Shown here one piece after another: positions 34,766-43,187 of a stretch of DNA of 47,384 nt. Position 1 is the stretch's first letter, and every line of letters starts with the position of its first letter. Location: IMG/VR virus record IMGVR_UViG_3300006805_000044, positions 1-47,384 of that record; one strand, given 5' to 3'. The position numbers and the translations under genes are program-made. Source of the DNA: a virus. Lineage: Duplodnaviria > Caudoviricetes. A model generated the notes under the pieces. It worked only from the letters and a program-made list of their open reading frames with translations, searched no databases and was not told the origin of the DNA.

Positions 34766-35295
34766 CAAACAGGGGCTACCCATGGCATCGCTCGCCAGAA
34801 TGGGCGAGCTTTGCTGTTGAGGACGGCAGCGGCCGTCGTTTTTGGCACGAGTTTCGTCCAGATCCGTCTGGTAGTGAGTGGGTTTCGGCTGGTCGCCGCG
34901 CAGGAATAAGGCGCGGCGGGGACACGTGTCATCCGCAGACGGATTGGCGCAACAGCCTTCAGGAAAGGCAATCACCGGATAGAGATTACGCATCCGAAAT
35001 GCACTCAGCGCCCTGTCTCCAAATCGGCGAGCGCGACATGGCTGTCGTGACATCCGATCCACCGCCACAGCCGGCAGTGCTGGTGACGGAGGATGAGCTT
35101 GCCGAGCTGCGAGAGGATCGCGCTCGGCTTGAGTGGATGATCGCAAGGAATGGCTGCATGTACACAACAGCTGACGCATCTGGCGGGACGTACGACTACC
35201 GCGTTATAGCGGACGACATAGCCCATGGCGCATGGGCGCTAGGTATCGGCGACACCGCCCGCCAAGCCATCGACCGAGCGCGAGGTGAAAAATGA
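34762..35295 (+). CDS. Mosaic hypothetical protein
   Basis: 'W..SPEWA...AVEDGSG..FW' and 'EDRARLEW...RQAIDRARG' modules; ATGA-coupled. Confidence 0.6.
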   Translation: MTNRGYPWHRSPEWASFAVEDGSGRRFWHEFRPDPSGSEWVSAGRRAGIRRGGDTCHPQTDWRNSLQERQSPDRDYASEMHSAPCLQIGERDMAVVTSDPPPQPAVLVTEDELAELREDRARLEWMIARNGCMYTTADASGGTYDYRVIADDIAHGAWALGIGDTARQAIDRARGEK

Positions 35296-35558
35296 AACGC
35301 TACAGTCCAGACCTTCAATTCGGCGGCTCAGGCGATTGCCCGGCCGCATACATGGAAGAAGCCGACAGCGGCGACTATGTTGAGTATCAGTCGTGGATGG
35401 ATGAAGCGGAGAAGATGCGGCTCGACGCGGAGCGATACCGCCAGGTTCGCGAGTATTACTGGTTCCAGCGCGAGGTTGCTCACCGGTTCGGCGTGACTGA
35501 GCCGCATTCCGTCAACGATTTAGATGCGGCGCTTGACCGCGCGCGAGGCGTGAAGTGA
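35292..35558 (+). CDS. Hypothetical protein
   Basis: GAGG RBS; 'DAERYR...DLDAALDRARG'. Confidence 0.6.
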   Translation: MKRYSPDLQFGGSGDCPAAYMEEADSGDYVEYQSWMDEAEKMRLDAERYRQVREYYWFQREVAHRFGVTEPHSVNDLDAALDRARGVK

Positions 35559-35710
35559 TGACACGCAACCCACTAACCGCCGCAGTCTGCCAGTGCATCT
35601 ACGCGCCCTGGGAAAGCGCTCATACGCGCCTGAACTTCTGGCTGCAGATCCAGCGTGACTTCTTCTGCATCATCGTTTCTACCTACAATGACGAGGCACG
35701 TCGCCTATGA
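35558..35710 (+). CDS. Small hypothetical protein (50 aa; not in ORF track)
   Basis: TGATG and ATGA coupling at its two ends. Confidence 0.45.
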   Translation: MTRNPLTAAVCQCIYAPWESAHTRLNFWLQIQRDFFCIIVSTYNDEARRL

Positions 35711-35922
35711 GCACGCTACTAGAAATCCTATGCCAGGATGTCTATCAGAACATCGTTGCGACGCGCGAAGAGGTTAGTCGCTGCGACGGAGTGCAAATGA
35801 TCCCGAACGGCACGGCACCGATGTGGAAGATCGCCGGCAATTACGTCTGGATTGCTGAACTCATCGCTGCCCCGCCGGTGAATGCGATACTGACGGATGC
35901 GGCGAAGGAGTATTTCAAATGA
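35707..35922 (+). CDS. Hypothetical protein
   Basis: Coupled ORF. Confidence 0.5.
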   Translation: MSTLLEILCQDVYQNIVATREEVSRCDGVQMIPNGTAPMWKIAGNYVWIAELIAAPPVNAILTDAAKEYFK

Positions 35923-36134
35923 CTTTGCCATGGAAACCGATTGCGGAGTTGCCGGAGCGTCCCGACAAAGAGCGCAAGTTCCTAATGATTCACGAGAGTT
36001 TCCCTTGGTACGCGCATCTGCTCAGTTGGATCGACGCGTATAGCCATTGGGACGATGGCAATGGTTACTACAGCACCGGCGACACTGGCACGCGTCGCGA
36101 CTTCACCCACTTCATCGAGATCACGCCACCGTGA
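35919..36134 (+). CDS. DUF551-like small protein
   Basis: WKPIAELPE...THF.EITPP; AAGGAG RBS. Confidence 0.55.
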   Translation: MTLPWKPIAELPERPDKERKFLMIHESFPWYAHLLSWIDAYSHWDDGNGYYSTGDTGTRRDFTHFIEITPP

Positions 36135-36444
36135 ATGCGGCGATCAGGAGGATTTCGTGGGCCTTGCGCAACGCATGATCAAGTCAATCAATTATCAGTC
36201 GAATAGCCAGGGATTCTGCGTGACGCTTGCAGTGGTTACCGGGAAGCAATTCAAGGAACTCTTAAGTCGAGGCACTTCGATAGCTTCGTCGTTATGAACT
36301 CAGACGGAGTACTGTTCATGAATCTATCGAGACAGGTTCCGATAGTTGTCGCAGATAGTATCGATCGCGATGGCCTCTATGGAGCCTACATTACGAAGGC
36401 TGCCGAAGAATATTTCGCGACGTCGACCGCCACGAAAACATCTG

Positions 36445-36473
36445 TTGACACACAAAATCCTGAGCAGTAGCCT
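36445..36473 (+). promoter_or_regulatory. sigma70-type promoter TTGACA-17-TAGCCT heading the lysis/packaging genes
   Basis: Operator AACATCTGTT at 36437-36446 overlaps the -35. Confidence 0.7.
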
Positions 36474-36506
36474 CATCCCGCCGCATCCGCGGCCTTGGGG
36501 CACGAC

Positions 36507-36686
36507 ATGAAAAAGATCATCGACTGGTACAAAGCGCTGCCGCAATGGCAGCGCTCGGCGCTGTGGTGCGTTGCTGGCAGCGCTGGCGTGTGGCTGGCTC
36601 TCGGCACTACCGCGGCGCTCGGCTTCGGCCTCGGCGTCCTCGGCGGGTTCAACTTCGGACACGACTATGCAGGAAGGTCGCAATGA
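36507..36686 (+). CDS. Small membrane protein
   Basis: Hydrophobic Gly-rich segment; first gene after the promoter. Confidence 0.55.
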   Translation: MKKIIDWYKALPQWQRSALWCVAGSAGVWLALGTTAALGFGLGVLGGFNFGHDYAGRSQ

Positions 36687-36877
36687 AATTCGCTGCCGCC
36701 ATCCTGATCCTGATCGCCATCCCGACCGCCACCTTCCTCGCCGCGCTGCACTGCTACGACACCGGCTACGTCTACGGCTCAATCGTCACGGCGTTCGTCG
36801 GCGGTCTCGTCGAGTTCTTCACGCTCGTGCAAATTGCACTGTCTGCGATCGAGTGGGGAGAACCCGATGAAGCCTGA
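36683..36877 (+). CDS. Small two-TM membrane protein
   Basis: MKFAAAILILIAIP... with two hydrophobic stretches; ATGA-coupled. Confidence 0.55.
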   Translation: MKFAAAILILIAIPTATFLAALHCYDTGYVYGSIVTAFVGGLVEFFTLVQIALSAIEWGEPDEA

Positions 36878-37103
36878 TCGCCGCTCGCGCTGTTCGCGTA
36901 GCGAAGACGCCCGAGAAGCCATCGAGGCCTTCGGTTGGTCACTCGCCGAGTCCGCTACGGATACCGTCCGCGGCCACACCGTCGTTGTCGCCGGGCTGCG
37001 ACTCAACGATACTCAGTATTCCCGCGTACTCGTTATCGCGATTCCTCGCGAGTGTCAGGCGGTACGCGATTTCGTCAACCTCAAAATGAGTAACTACGCA
37101 TGA
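36867..37103 (+). CDS. Hypothetical protein
   Basis: GGGGAG RBS. Confidence 0.45.
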   Translation: MKPDRRSRCSRSEDAREAIEAFGWSLAESATDTVRGHTVVVAGLRLNDTQYSRVLVIAIPRECQAVRDFVNLKMSNYA

Positions 37104-37747
37104 CTGCAAAAATTCGTGTCTTCAACGAAGGCGATCAGCCTCTGCTGTACGGCGCCAATCGCCTGCTGATGCCTGGCAAGTCGAGCACGCACGACGTATC
37201 GGATCTCGGCTCCAGCATCAGCTTCACGCCGGTCTCGGTTGGCGATGACGTGCCTGCTCCGGCACCGGCACCTTCGACGGACGCCACTGTCCGGCCCACG
37301 CCCGCATCCATCGGCATGTTCCAGACCGAGCTCAGCCGCAAGCTGCTCGGCTCCGATGTGTGGCTGTACTGCACGACGCGGGCCGCGATGGCGCCGACGA
37401 ACGACATCAAGGTCCGCATCATGCTCAACTGCGGCTGCGACGCCGACGGCAACTGGCGCGACACGAACGGCAATCCGCTGCCGGCGTTCAGCCGAGGCTT
37501 CGAGACCGCCGACACGGCCGCCGAGCAGGAGCGTCTGCGCCGGTTCAACGCTACGCCTTCCGTGTTCGACATCACCGTGGTCAACGGGCATCCGGAGCTC
37601 GACCTGTTCCACCACGTCGCCATGGTGACCGGCATGTATCCGAAGGGCCGCGATCCGATCTTCTACGCCGTGCGCGCCGAGGACGAGGCCGCGCTGGACG
37701 AGTGGTGCGAGTTCATGGCGGCATCGCGCGGTAATCCGGGAGCGTGA
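37100..37747 (+). CDS. Hypothetical protein
   Basis: 215 aa, strong GC3 bias, PAPAP linker. Confidence 0.6.
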   Translation: MTAKIRVFNEGDQPLLYGANRLLMPGKSSTHDVSDLGSSISFTPVSVGDDVPAPAPAPSTDATVRPTPASIGMFQTELSRKLLGSDVWLYCTTRAAMAPTNDIKVRIMLNCGCDADGNWRDTNGNPLPAFSRGFETADTAAEQERLRRFNATPSVFDITVVNGHPELDLFHHVAMVTGMYPKGRDPIFYAVRAEDEAALDEWCEFMAASRGNPGA

Positions 37748-37748
37748 G

Positions 37749-38117
37749 ATGAACGACATCGAAAAGAAAATTCAGGCTAAGGGGTTGACGGCGCCGCGGG
37801 TGACGCCGGCTGATGTCGAGGCGGCCGTTGGCAGCGAGCACTACTTCACGGCCCAGGACGGCGTGTTCGGCGCGTACAAGGCGAATCATGACGTCTATGT
37901 CGGCAGCATGCCGGATGACGTCAATGGACGCGCGCTCCCTCTTCTGACGATCTGCGTGCTGGTCCTCCGCAACGGCTTCACCGTCACTGGCGAATCAGCT
38001 TGCGCGTCGCCGGAAAACTTCGACGCCGAGATCGGCCGAAAGGTCGCGCGCTCGAAGGCGGTCGAGAAGATCTGGCCGCTGCTCGGCTTCCGTCTGCGTG
38101 ATCGGCTGTCAGCATGA
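37749..38117 (+). CDS. Gp49/Sf6 gp66-family protein (Acb4-like nucleotide sponge candidate)
   Basis: 'APRVTP..VE.....E.Y...LTICVLVLRNGFTVTGESACASPENFDAEIG.K.A...A.EKIWPLLGF'. Confidence 0.8.
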   Translation: MNDIEKKIQAKGLTAPRVTPADVEAAVGSEHYFTAQDGVFGAYKANHDVYVGSMPDDVNGRALPLLTICVLVLRNGFTVTGESACASPENFDAEIGRKVARSKAVEKIWPLLGFRLRDRLSA

Positions 38118-38647
38118 CCCCCGGCGAACTCATCCTAGCCTGCCCCATGCCGTTCGACAGAGCGGCACTGTGGGCACCGTTCCTGACCGGGGCGATGCTT
38201 GAGTTCGGCATCACGGAGCCAGACGACTGCGCGATGTTCCTCGCGCAGATCGGCCACGAGTCAGGGTCGCTGCGCTACGTGCGCGAGATATGGGGTCCGA
38301 CAGTGGCGCAGCGTGGGTATGAAGGCCGTGCCGACCTAGGCAACACGCAGCCCGGCGACGGCTTCCGATACCGTGGCGGCGGTCCACCGCAGCTCACCGG
38401 TCGCGCGAACTACCGCGAGGCTGGCCAGGCGCTTGGCTTCGACCTTGAGTCGGAGCCAGACCTGATCGAGCTGCCGCATATTAGCGCCCGCGTCGCCGGA
38501 TGGTTCTGGCGATCACGCGGAATGTCGCGGCTGTCTGGCGACCTCGAAGCCGCGACGCGACGCATCAACGGCGGGACGAATGGTCTGGCTGACCGTGGAC
38601 GCCGCCTGACCGTGGCGCGTATGGCGTTCGGCCTTCCGCCGCTATAG
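38114..38647 (+). CDS. Endolysin, glycoside hydrolase family 19
   Basis: AMFLAQIGHESG, GDGFRYRG.G..QLTGRANY, AGWFW, RRINGG.NGLADR. Confidence 0.9.
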   Translation: MTPGELILACPMPFDRAALWAPFLTGAMLEFGITEPDDCAMFLAQIGHESGSLRYVREIWGPTVAQRGYEGRADLGNTQPGDGFRYRGGGPPQLTGRANYREAGQALGFDLESEPDLIELPHISARVAGWFWRSRGMSRLSGDLEAATRRINGGTNGLADRGRRLTVARMAFGLPPL

Positions 38648-38676
38648 CATGCGCGCTAGCTCAACAGGAGGCCGCC

Positions 38677-38772
38677 ATGTTCCAGTTCATCCGCCCTACC
38701 GGCAGCAAGAAGAAATGCAAAGACTGTGGCCGCATGATGCCGGCCGGCGCGAAGAAGTGTCCGTACTGCTGA
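38677..38772 (+). CDS. 31-aa zinc-ribbon microprotein (not in ORF track)
   Basis: AGGAGG RBS; MFQFIRPTGSKKKCKDCGRMMPAGAKKCPYC. Confidence 0.6.
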   Translation: MFQFIRPTGSKKKCKDCGRMMPAGAKKCPYC

Positions 38773-38779
38773 TGCGGCC

Positions 38780-38977
38780 ATGAGTCGGCGATACGACTAC
38801 CGCGGTCCTATCGATCAACGCACCGGACACCCGGTCGATTGCGCCTGCTGGACGTGCTACCTGGGGCGATGCGTGGTCGCGTCGCCGACACGCGGAGTGG
38901 CTACTGCGGTGACGCAGGATACGCCTCCGCTGGACCCATGGACCGGCCCTGACGCCGCCGACCCTACTGGTCTGTAG
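38780..38977 (+). CDS. Small Cys-containing hypothetical protein
   Basis: H..DCACWTC...C. Confidence 0.4.
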   Translation: MSRRYDYRGPIDQRTGHPVDCACWTCYLGRCVVASPTRGVATAVTQDTPPLDPWTGPDAADPTGL

Positions 38978-39065
38978 CGTTTTGTGGTTCAATCCGCGCA
39001 GCAGACGACAGCTGAGGCAAACGCTTGACCACAGTAGCCAGACATGCGCCGCCAGGATCACCGCG

Positions 39066-39416
39066 TTGAGCGCCGATACGATCGCCGTCATGGTATCGCT
39101 CGTCGCCATGCTGGCGCTGCACTTTTTCCGTAGCCCTAACCGGCAGACGGACGACCTCAAGGAAGACATTCGCCAGGTCAAGGCCGAGCACGCCGAGCTT
39201 CGTCGCGACGTGTCCGAGCTGGCGGCCCGTGTTTCGGGCGAAAACCAGGCTCTCGATAGGCGGCTCTCCAGCGAGCACTACACTCGTACGGAGATCCGCG
39301 AAATGTTGAGGGAAATCAAAGAACAAGTCGGCCTACTTCAGGGAGTGGTTGCCGAAATCAAAACGGCAGTTGCACTCATGACAGGGGCTAAAAATGGCGG
39401 ACTCAACGGACATTGA
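39066..39416 (+). CDS. TM plus coiled-coil protein (lysis module)
   Basis: N-terminal hydrophobic helix followed by heptads; start codon uncertain (TTG 39066 with AGGA). Confidence 0.55.
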   Translation: MSADTIAVMVSLVAMLALHFFRSPNRQTDDLKEDIRQVKAEHAELRRDVSELAARVSGENQALDRRLSSEHYTRTEIREMLREIKEQVGLLQGVVAEIKTAVALMTGAKNGGLNGH

Positions 39417-39714
39417 AGCGCTGCGAAGCGCGGTATTGGATCTGGTTGCAGTAGTAAAGGACTCGAATGAAACGACGCGGCTGTTGATCGAAGCTGCGCG
39501 AGGACCGGTCAGCACGTCGGCGACGACGATTCATGCCGGAGGCGTTACCAGTGCGATCGCGGTTTGCGTTTCACTCACATCCGTGGTCGTGATGATGCTG
39601 TTCTCGATCTGGCTCATGTGGCAGCAGGCCGAGCAGAAGTCGCAACAGGAAGCCTGGATTCAGGTCTGGCAGCAACGAATCGCGAACGAACTGAGGAAAG
39701 ACGATGCCCACTAG
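39394..39714 (+). CDS. Single-TM protein (lysis module)
   Basis: Hydrophobic 'AIAVCVSLTSVVVMMLFSIWLMW'. Confidence 0.55.
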   Translation: MADSTDIEALRSAVLDLVAVVKDSNETTRLLIEAARGPVSTSATTIHAGGVTSAIAVCVSLTSVVVMMLFSIWLMWQQAEQKSQQEAWIQVWQQRIANELRKDDAH

Positions 39715-39943
39715 CCCCATTATCATCATCGGCGGATCTGGCGGCGGCGGAAACCGCGCCACCGCCGTGAACTACGGCATTGGCTACCCCGTCGTTGCCG
39801 GCGACTCCATCGAGAACACCGCCACGTCTGGCGGCAATGTCTACTGCGTCTTCGTAAACAACGCGATGTACACGTCTGACATCTACCTGGGCCCTGATGA
39901 GAAGTACGACTTCACCGAGGCAGGGGCGGTAACCGTTCCATAA
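39704..39943 (+). CDS. Hypothetical protein
   Basis: GAGGA RBS; MPTSPIIIIGGSGGGG. Confidence 0.55.
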   Translation: MPTSPIIIIGGSGGGGNRATAVNYGIGYPVVAGDSIENTATSGGNVYCVFVNNAMYTSDIYLGPDEKYDFTEAGAVTVP

Positions 39944-39953
39944 GGAGAGCGAA

Positions 39954-40058
39954 ATGCGTGACGTTGTTAGTAATTTCAGCACCGAAGTTGCCATCGTGAA
40001 GATGGGCGAAAAAACCGCCGAAGGTGTTGGCGGCAGCATTGATCGAGACGGCATCTGA
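39954..40058 (+). CDS. 34-aa peptide (not in ORF track)
   Basis: TAAGGAG RBS; MRDVVSNFSTEVAIVKMGEKTAEGVGGSIDRDGI fills the gap exactly. Confidence 0.4.
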   Translation: MRDVVSNFSTEVAIVKMGEKTAEGVGGSIDRDGI

Positions 40059-40059
40059 C

Positions 40060-40404
40060 GTGATCGACCTCATCCGCAGCTCATGGGACTTGCTCGTGCA
40101 CATGGCCACGACCTCGCCCGCGGGCCTGTGGCCGATGCTGCTCGCGCTGGCTGGCAGCATCACGTTCACGCAGATCGTGAAGAAGCTCGTCATCCCTCCT
40201 GGCTGCAGCGACCTCGCGACTAAGCGTTGGTGCCAAGCCGTAGCGATTCTCTCCGGGTTCACCATCACCGCTCTCGTCATGCCAACGGTTGCCGCTCTCG
40301 TGGCCGGCACAATCGTCGGCGCGGCATCCCCTTTCATCTACTACGTCGGCGTTCGCGTGATCGGGCTCAAGTGGCCAGTGATGCGCAAATGGCTGTCGCA
40401 ATGA
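40060..40404 (+). CDS. Putative holin
   Basis: Three hydrophobic segments, 'TQIVKK', basic C-terminus; lysis region. Confidence 0.55.
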   Translation: MIDLIRSSWDLLVHMATTSPAGLWPMLLALAGSITFTQIVKKLVIPPGCSDLATKRWCQAVAILSGFTITALVMPTVAALVAGTIVGAASPFIYYVGVRVIGLKWPVMRKWLSQ

Positions 40405-40411
40405 GGTAACC

Positions 40412-40726
40412 ATGGCTCAGTACACCATCCTCGCTTCTGGCACCACCGCGGCGTCCACGTCCGACATTGTGGTCACGACCACACCGGTGTCCGTGTCGGT
40501 CTCGTCGTCTGCCGGCGGGCGTCTTCCGTCCGGCGTCCAGCTTCCCCTCGAACGCAAGATCGGATCGACGTGGCAGCCGGTCTACGAGGACTACCGCGGC
40601 AATTTCGCCCCGGTAATCCTCGGCGACGATCGCATGGACGTTGCGATCTTCGCGCCTGGCACCTACCGCGTCAGCCGGCCCGTCGTGACGACGGCGCTGC
40701 TCGTCACGCTGGACACTACGGCGTGA
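40412..40726 (+). CDS. Small beta-rich, probably virion-associated protein
   Basis: GAGG RBS; T/S/V-rich; 'APGTYRVSRP'. Confidence 0.55.
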   Translation: MAQYTILASGTTAASTSDIVVTTTPVSVSVSSSAGGRLPSGVQLPLERKIGSTWQPVYEDYRGNFAPVILGDDRMDVAIFAPGTYRVSRPVVTTALLVTLDTTA

Positions 40727-40768
40727 TGGTCGTCTACAGCGCCACGGGCTCGGCGACGCGCCGGCCGC

Positions 40769-42445
40769 TTGGCGGGCTTGGCTCCGCGGCCCTGGCGGAC
40801 GACGGCCGTCACCTCGGCGAATGACCCTATCGGTTATATCAAGGACATGAGCCCGAACGGCAAGAACTTGACCCAAGCGACGGCGGCGAATAAGCCGCTA
40901 TGGCGCGGCGCTCCGAGGACGCTCGGGTCTGAGCTTCTGACCAACGGGCGTATCGTCGACGATACCGGGTTCACACCGGGGACCGGATGGGCTCGCGTAG
41001 GCGCGTCTGTCGTCAAGGTAGCCGGCGTGGCGTCCGTACTGTCGTGGTCGCCAACGCTCGTCGCCGGCAAGGTGTACCAGCTCAGCTACACCATGACGCG
41101 CACGGCAGGCACGCTCACTCCGCGCTTCACCGGAGGAACTACTGTCAGCACTACTGCCCGATCTGCCGGCGGCACGTACACCCAGGTATTTGCAGCCGTC
41201 ACGGGCAATGTAGCGTTCGAGTTCTCGGCCGACGCAACGTTCGCCGGATCAGTTAAGAGCGTTACGCTTCGCGAAGTCACCTCGCGCACGAACATGGGCA
41301 CCTATATGTTCGGGTCTCCGCAACGCATCACCAGCGCGGCGATCGATTTCAGCAATAGCGATAAGATGACCGTGATCTATTCGTGCCTGTACGACGCCGC
41401 CACGGCGTCAGGTACGGCTATCGCGATAGGCAACTGGGCGACGACTGCCGGAACGATCTGGTGCGGACTTACACCGACGCCTGTTGGCCGCATCCGCGGC
41501 GACACCGGAAGCGGCAGCATCACGCTCGGCGCGACGGATGGACTGACCGGCGCAGGCGGCGCTGCATTCGTCGAGCGCCTTGAGTTCGACCTGTCGCAGA
41601 CCGCGCTCGCTGACGAGATCACGGTCTACAGCAGCGGCATCGAACGGACTGGAACGGGCAGCGGCACTGCCGGCGGCGCAGGCAATTGGAGCTCGACAGC
41701 GACTGTGGAGCTCGGCGTCGCATCATTACGCGGTGTCATCAACCGGTTCATCGTCATCAACCGCCTGCTGACGCCCACGGAGACCGCGAACGCCGTCGCC
41801 TGGGTTAAGCGCGGCTTCGCGTTTACCTGCGTTCTAGGCGATTCCACTGTGGCCGGCCTGTCCGGTGTTGCGCCAATCGCGCCGCGCGTAGCATCGTTCT
41901 GCGGCGGCCTCGTCTGCGGCCGATACGATGTTTCCGAGAGCGGCCGCAAGATCGCGGACATGAAGACGTTCTTCACGGCGCTGGACGACAAGAGCAAGCT
42001 CGATGCAGTCGTGATCCAGATCGGCCTGAACGACGTGAAGGGCCGCGTCGGCGAGGGAACCGCGACTACGGAAACTGTCATCGCAGACTTGCAGGACCTG
42101 GTAGACACGGTGCGCGCTGCGGTTCCTGCTGCGTGCCGCATCTACGTCGCGCAGATGACGCCGTGCAAGACCTGGCTGCTGACGGCGACCAATGGCGCCG
42201 ATGCTTATGCTGCCTGGGCGGCGGTCAACGAGGCGATTGCCGGGGGCGGGCCGACGCCGATCACTGGAGTTGACCGGAGGATCACGTCGCACGTAGAACA
42301 ACTTAGCGACGGTGCGGACAACCTGGCATCGATCCACGACTACAATAACGACGGTGTTCACGATGGCAGCGAAGGCCGCTGGATTAACGCCCAGGCTTGG
42401 CGCAGCGATGCGTTCGAGCCAGACGGCCTACTGCTCGACGCATGA
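40769..42445 (+). CDS. Tail-associated protein with lectin-like domains and C-terminal SGNH/GDSL esterase; 5' end apparently frameshifted
   Basis: VLGDST (block I), SG (II), QIGLND (III), DGVH (V); G/T/A-rich beta domains; the coupled ATG at 40726 is in a different frame. Confidence 0.7.
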   Translation: MAGLAPRPWRTTAVTSANDPIGYIKDMSPNGKNLTQATAANKPLWRGAPRTLGSELLTNGRIVDDTGFTPGTGWARVGASVVKVAGVASVLSWSPTLVAGKVYQLSYTMTRTAGTLTPRFTGGTTVSTTARSAGGTYTQVFAAVTGNVAFEFSADATFAGSVKSVTLREVTSRTNMGTYMFGSPQRITSAAIDFSNSDKMTVIYSCLYDAATASGTAIAIGNWATTAGTIWCGLTPTPVGRIRGDTGSGSITLGATDGLTGAGGAAFVERLEFDLSQTALADEITVYSSGIERTGTGSGTAGGAGNWSSTATVELGVASLRGVINRFIVINRLLTPTETANAVAWVKRGFAFTCVLGDSTVAGLSGVAPIAPRVASFCGGLVCGRYDVSESGRKIADMKTFFTALDDKSKLDAVVIQIGLNDVKGRVGEGTATTETVIADLQDLVDTVRAAVPAACRIYVAQMTPCKTWLLTATNGADAYAAWAAVNEAIAGGGPTPITGVDRRITSHVEQLSDGADNLASIHDYNNDGVHDGSEGRWINAQAWRSDAFEPDGLLLDA

Positions 42446-42735
42446 ACTTCGGCGAAGCCATGATCGCGGCAGTGCACGGGAGGCTGGTGAGGCGGCCGGG
42501 ATGGTATGGTAATTGGCACGTTCGATACTGTGCGCCAACGGATCGAGGTAACAAGAAGCCTACGCTGTGGATGGCCGAGGGATGGCCGCATCCAGTACAC
42601 AGCTACTCGCCGTCGTTTGACGCGGATGATGTCTTGGCGGAGGACTGGGATATTGTTGACCCGGTATCAATGATCGCCTCCCAGGTCGGCGAGGTTGGTT
42701 TGATCGAATGGCCTGGCGAGGATGACGACGAATGA
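42442..42735 (+). CDS. Tad2-like (DUF2829) Thoeris anti-defence sponge candidate
   Basis: 'MNFGEAM.A...G..VRRPGW.G...DVLAEDWDIV'; ATGA-coupled. Confidence 0.75.
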   Translation: MNFGEAMIAAVHGRLVRRPGWYGNWHVRYCAPTDRGNKKPTLWMAEGWPHPVHSYSPSFDADDVLAEDWDIVDPVSMIASQVGEVGLIEWPGEDDDE

Positions 42736-43187
42736 CCGCGCTGATCGTGAAATGGGCGCTACGCGCGCTGCTCGTCGCTGTCGTCTGCGGCGGCATCTAC
42801 TACGGCATCGACTCCGTTGCCGCAGCATTCCGCGAGCGCAAACAGTTGCGTTACGATGTAACCGACCTGAAGAGCAAGATAAAGGCAGCTGTCGGCGAGC
42901 GCGACGACGCGCGCACCCAGGCGAAGGCCATCGCTGACTTCGCTCAAGACGAACTGCGGCGCCGTGACGAGGCGTCGCGCAAAGCCGCGGCGGCCAATCG
43001 CCGCATTGAACGGGAGTTGCGTGATGCGAAATCCAAGCTCGCGGCGTGGTCTGCCAGCGCGGACGCTGAGCTGGCTCGCTGCCTTGACCGTGCTGTTCCT
43101 CGCTGGCTGCTCGATGGCTCCGGCGAAGCGCCAGCCGTCAGCTCCGATGACGGACGCGTGCCTGAGCCTGGCGACGCCGCCCGCTGA
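42732..43187 (+). CDS. Rz: i-spanin
   Basis: N-terminal TM, coiled-coil, C-terminal 'W....D....RCLD..VP'; contains the Rz1 start in another frame. Confidence 0.75.
   Translation: MTALIVKWALRALLVAVVCGGIYYGIDSVAAAFRERKQLRYDVTDLKSKIKAAVGERDDARTQAKAIADFAQDELRRRDEASRKAAAANRRIERELRDAKSKLAAWSASADAELARCLDRAVPRWLLDGSGEAPAVSSDDGRVPEPGDAAR

Noticed and set aside
34217-35179. 320-aa minus-strand ORF
   Set aside because: Antisense to coupled + strand genes with recognisable motifs; low-complexity Arg/Pro-rich translation.
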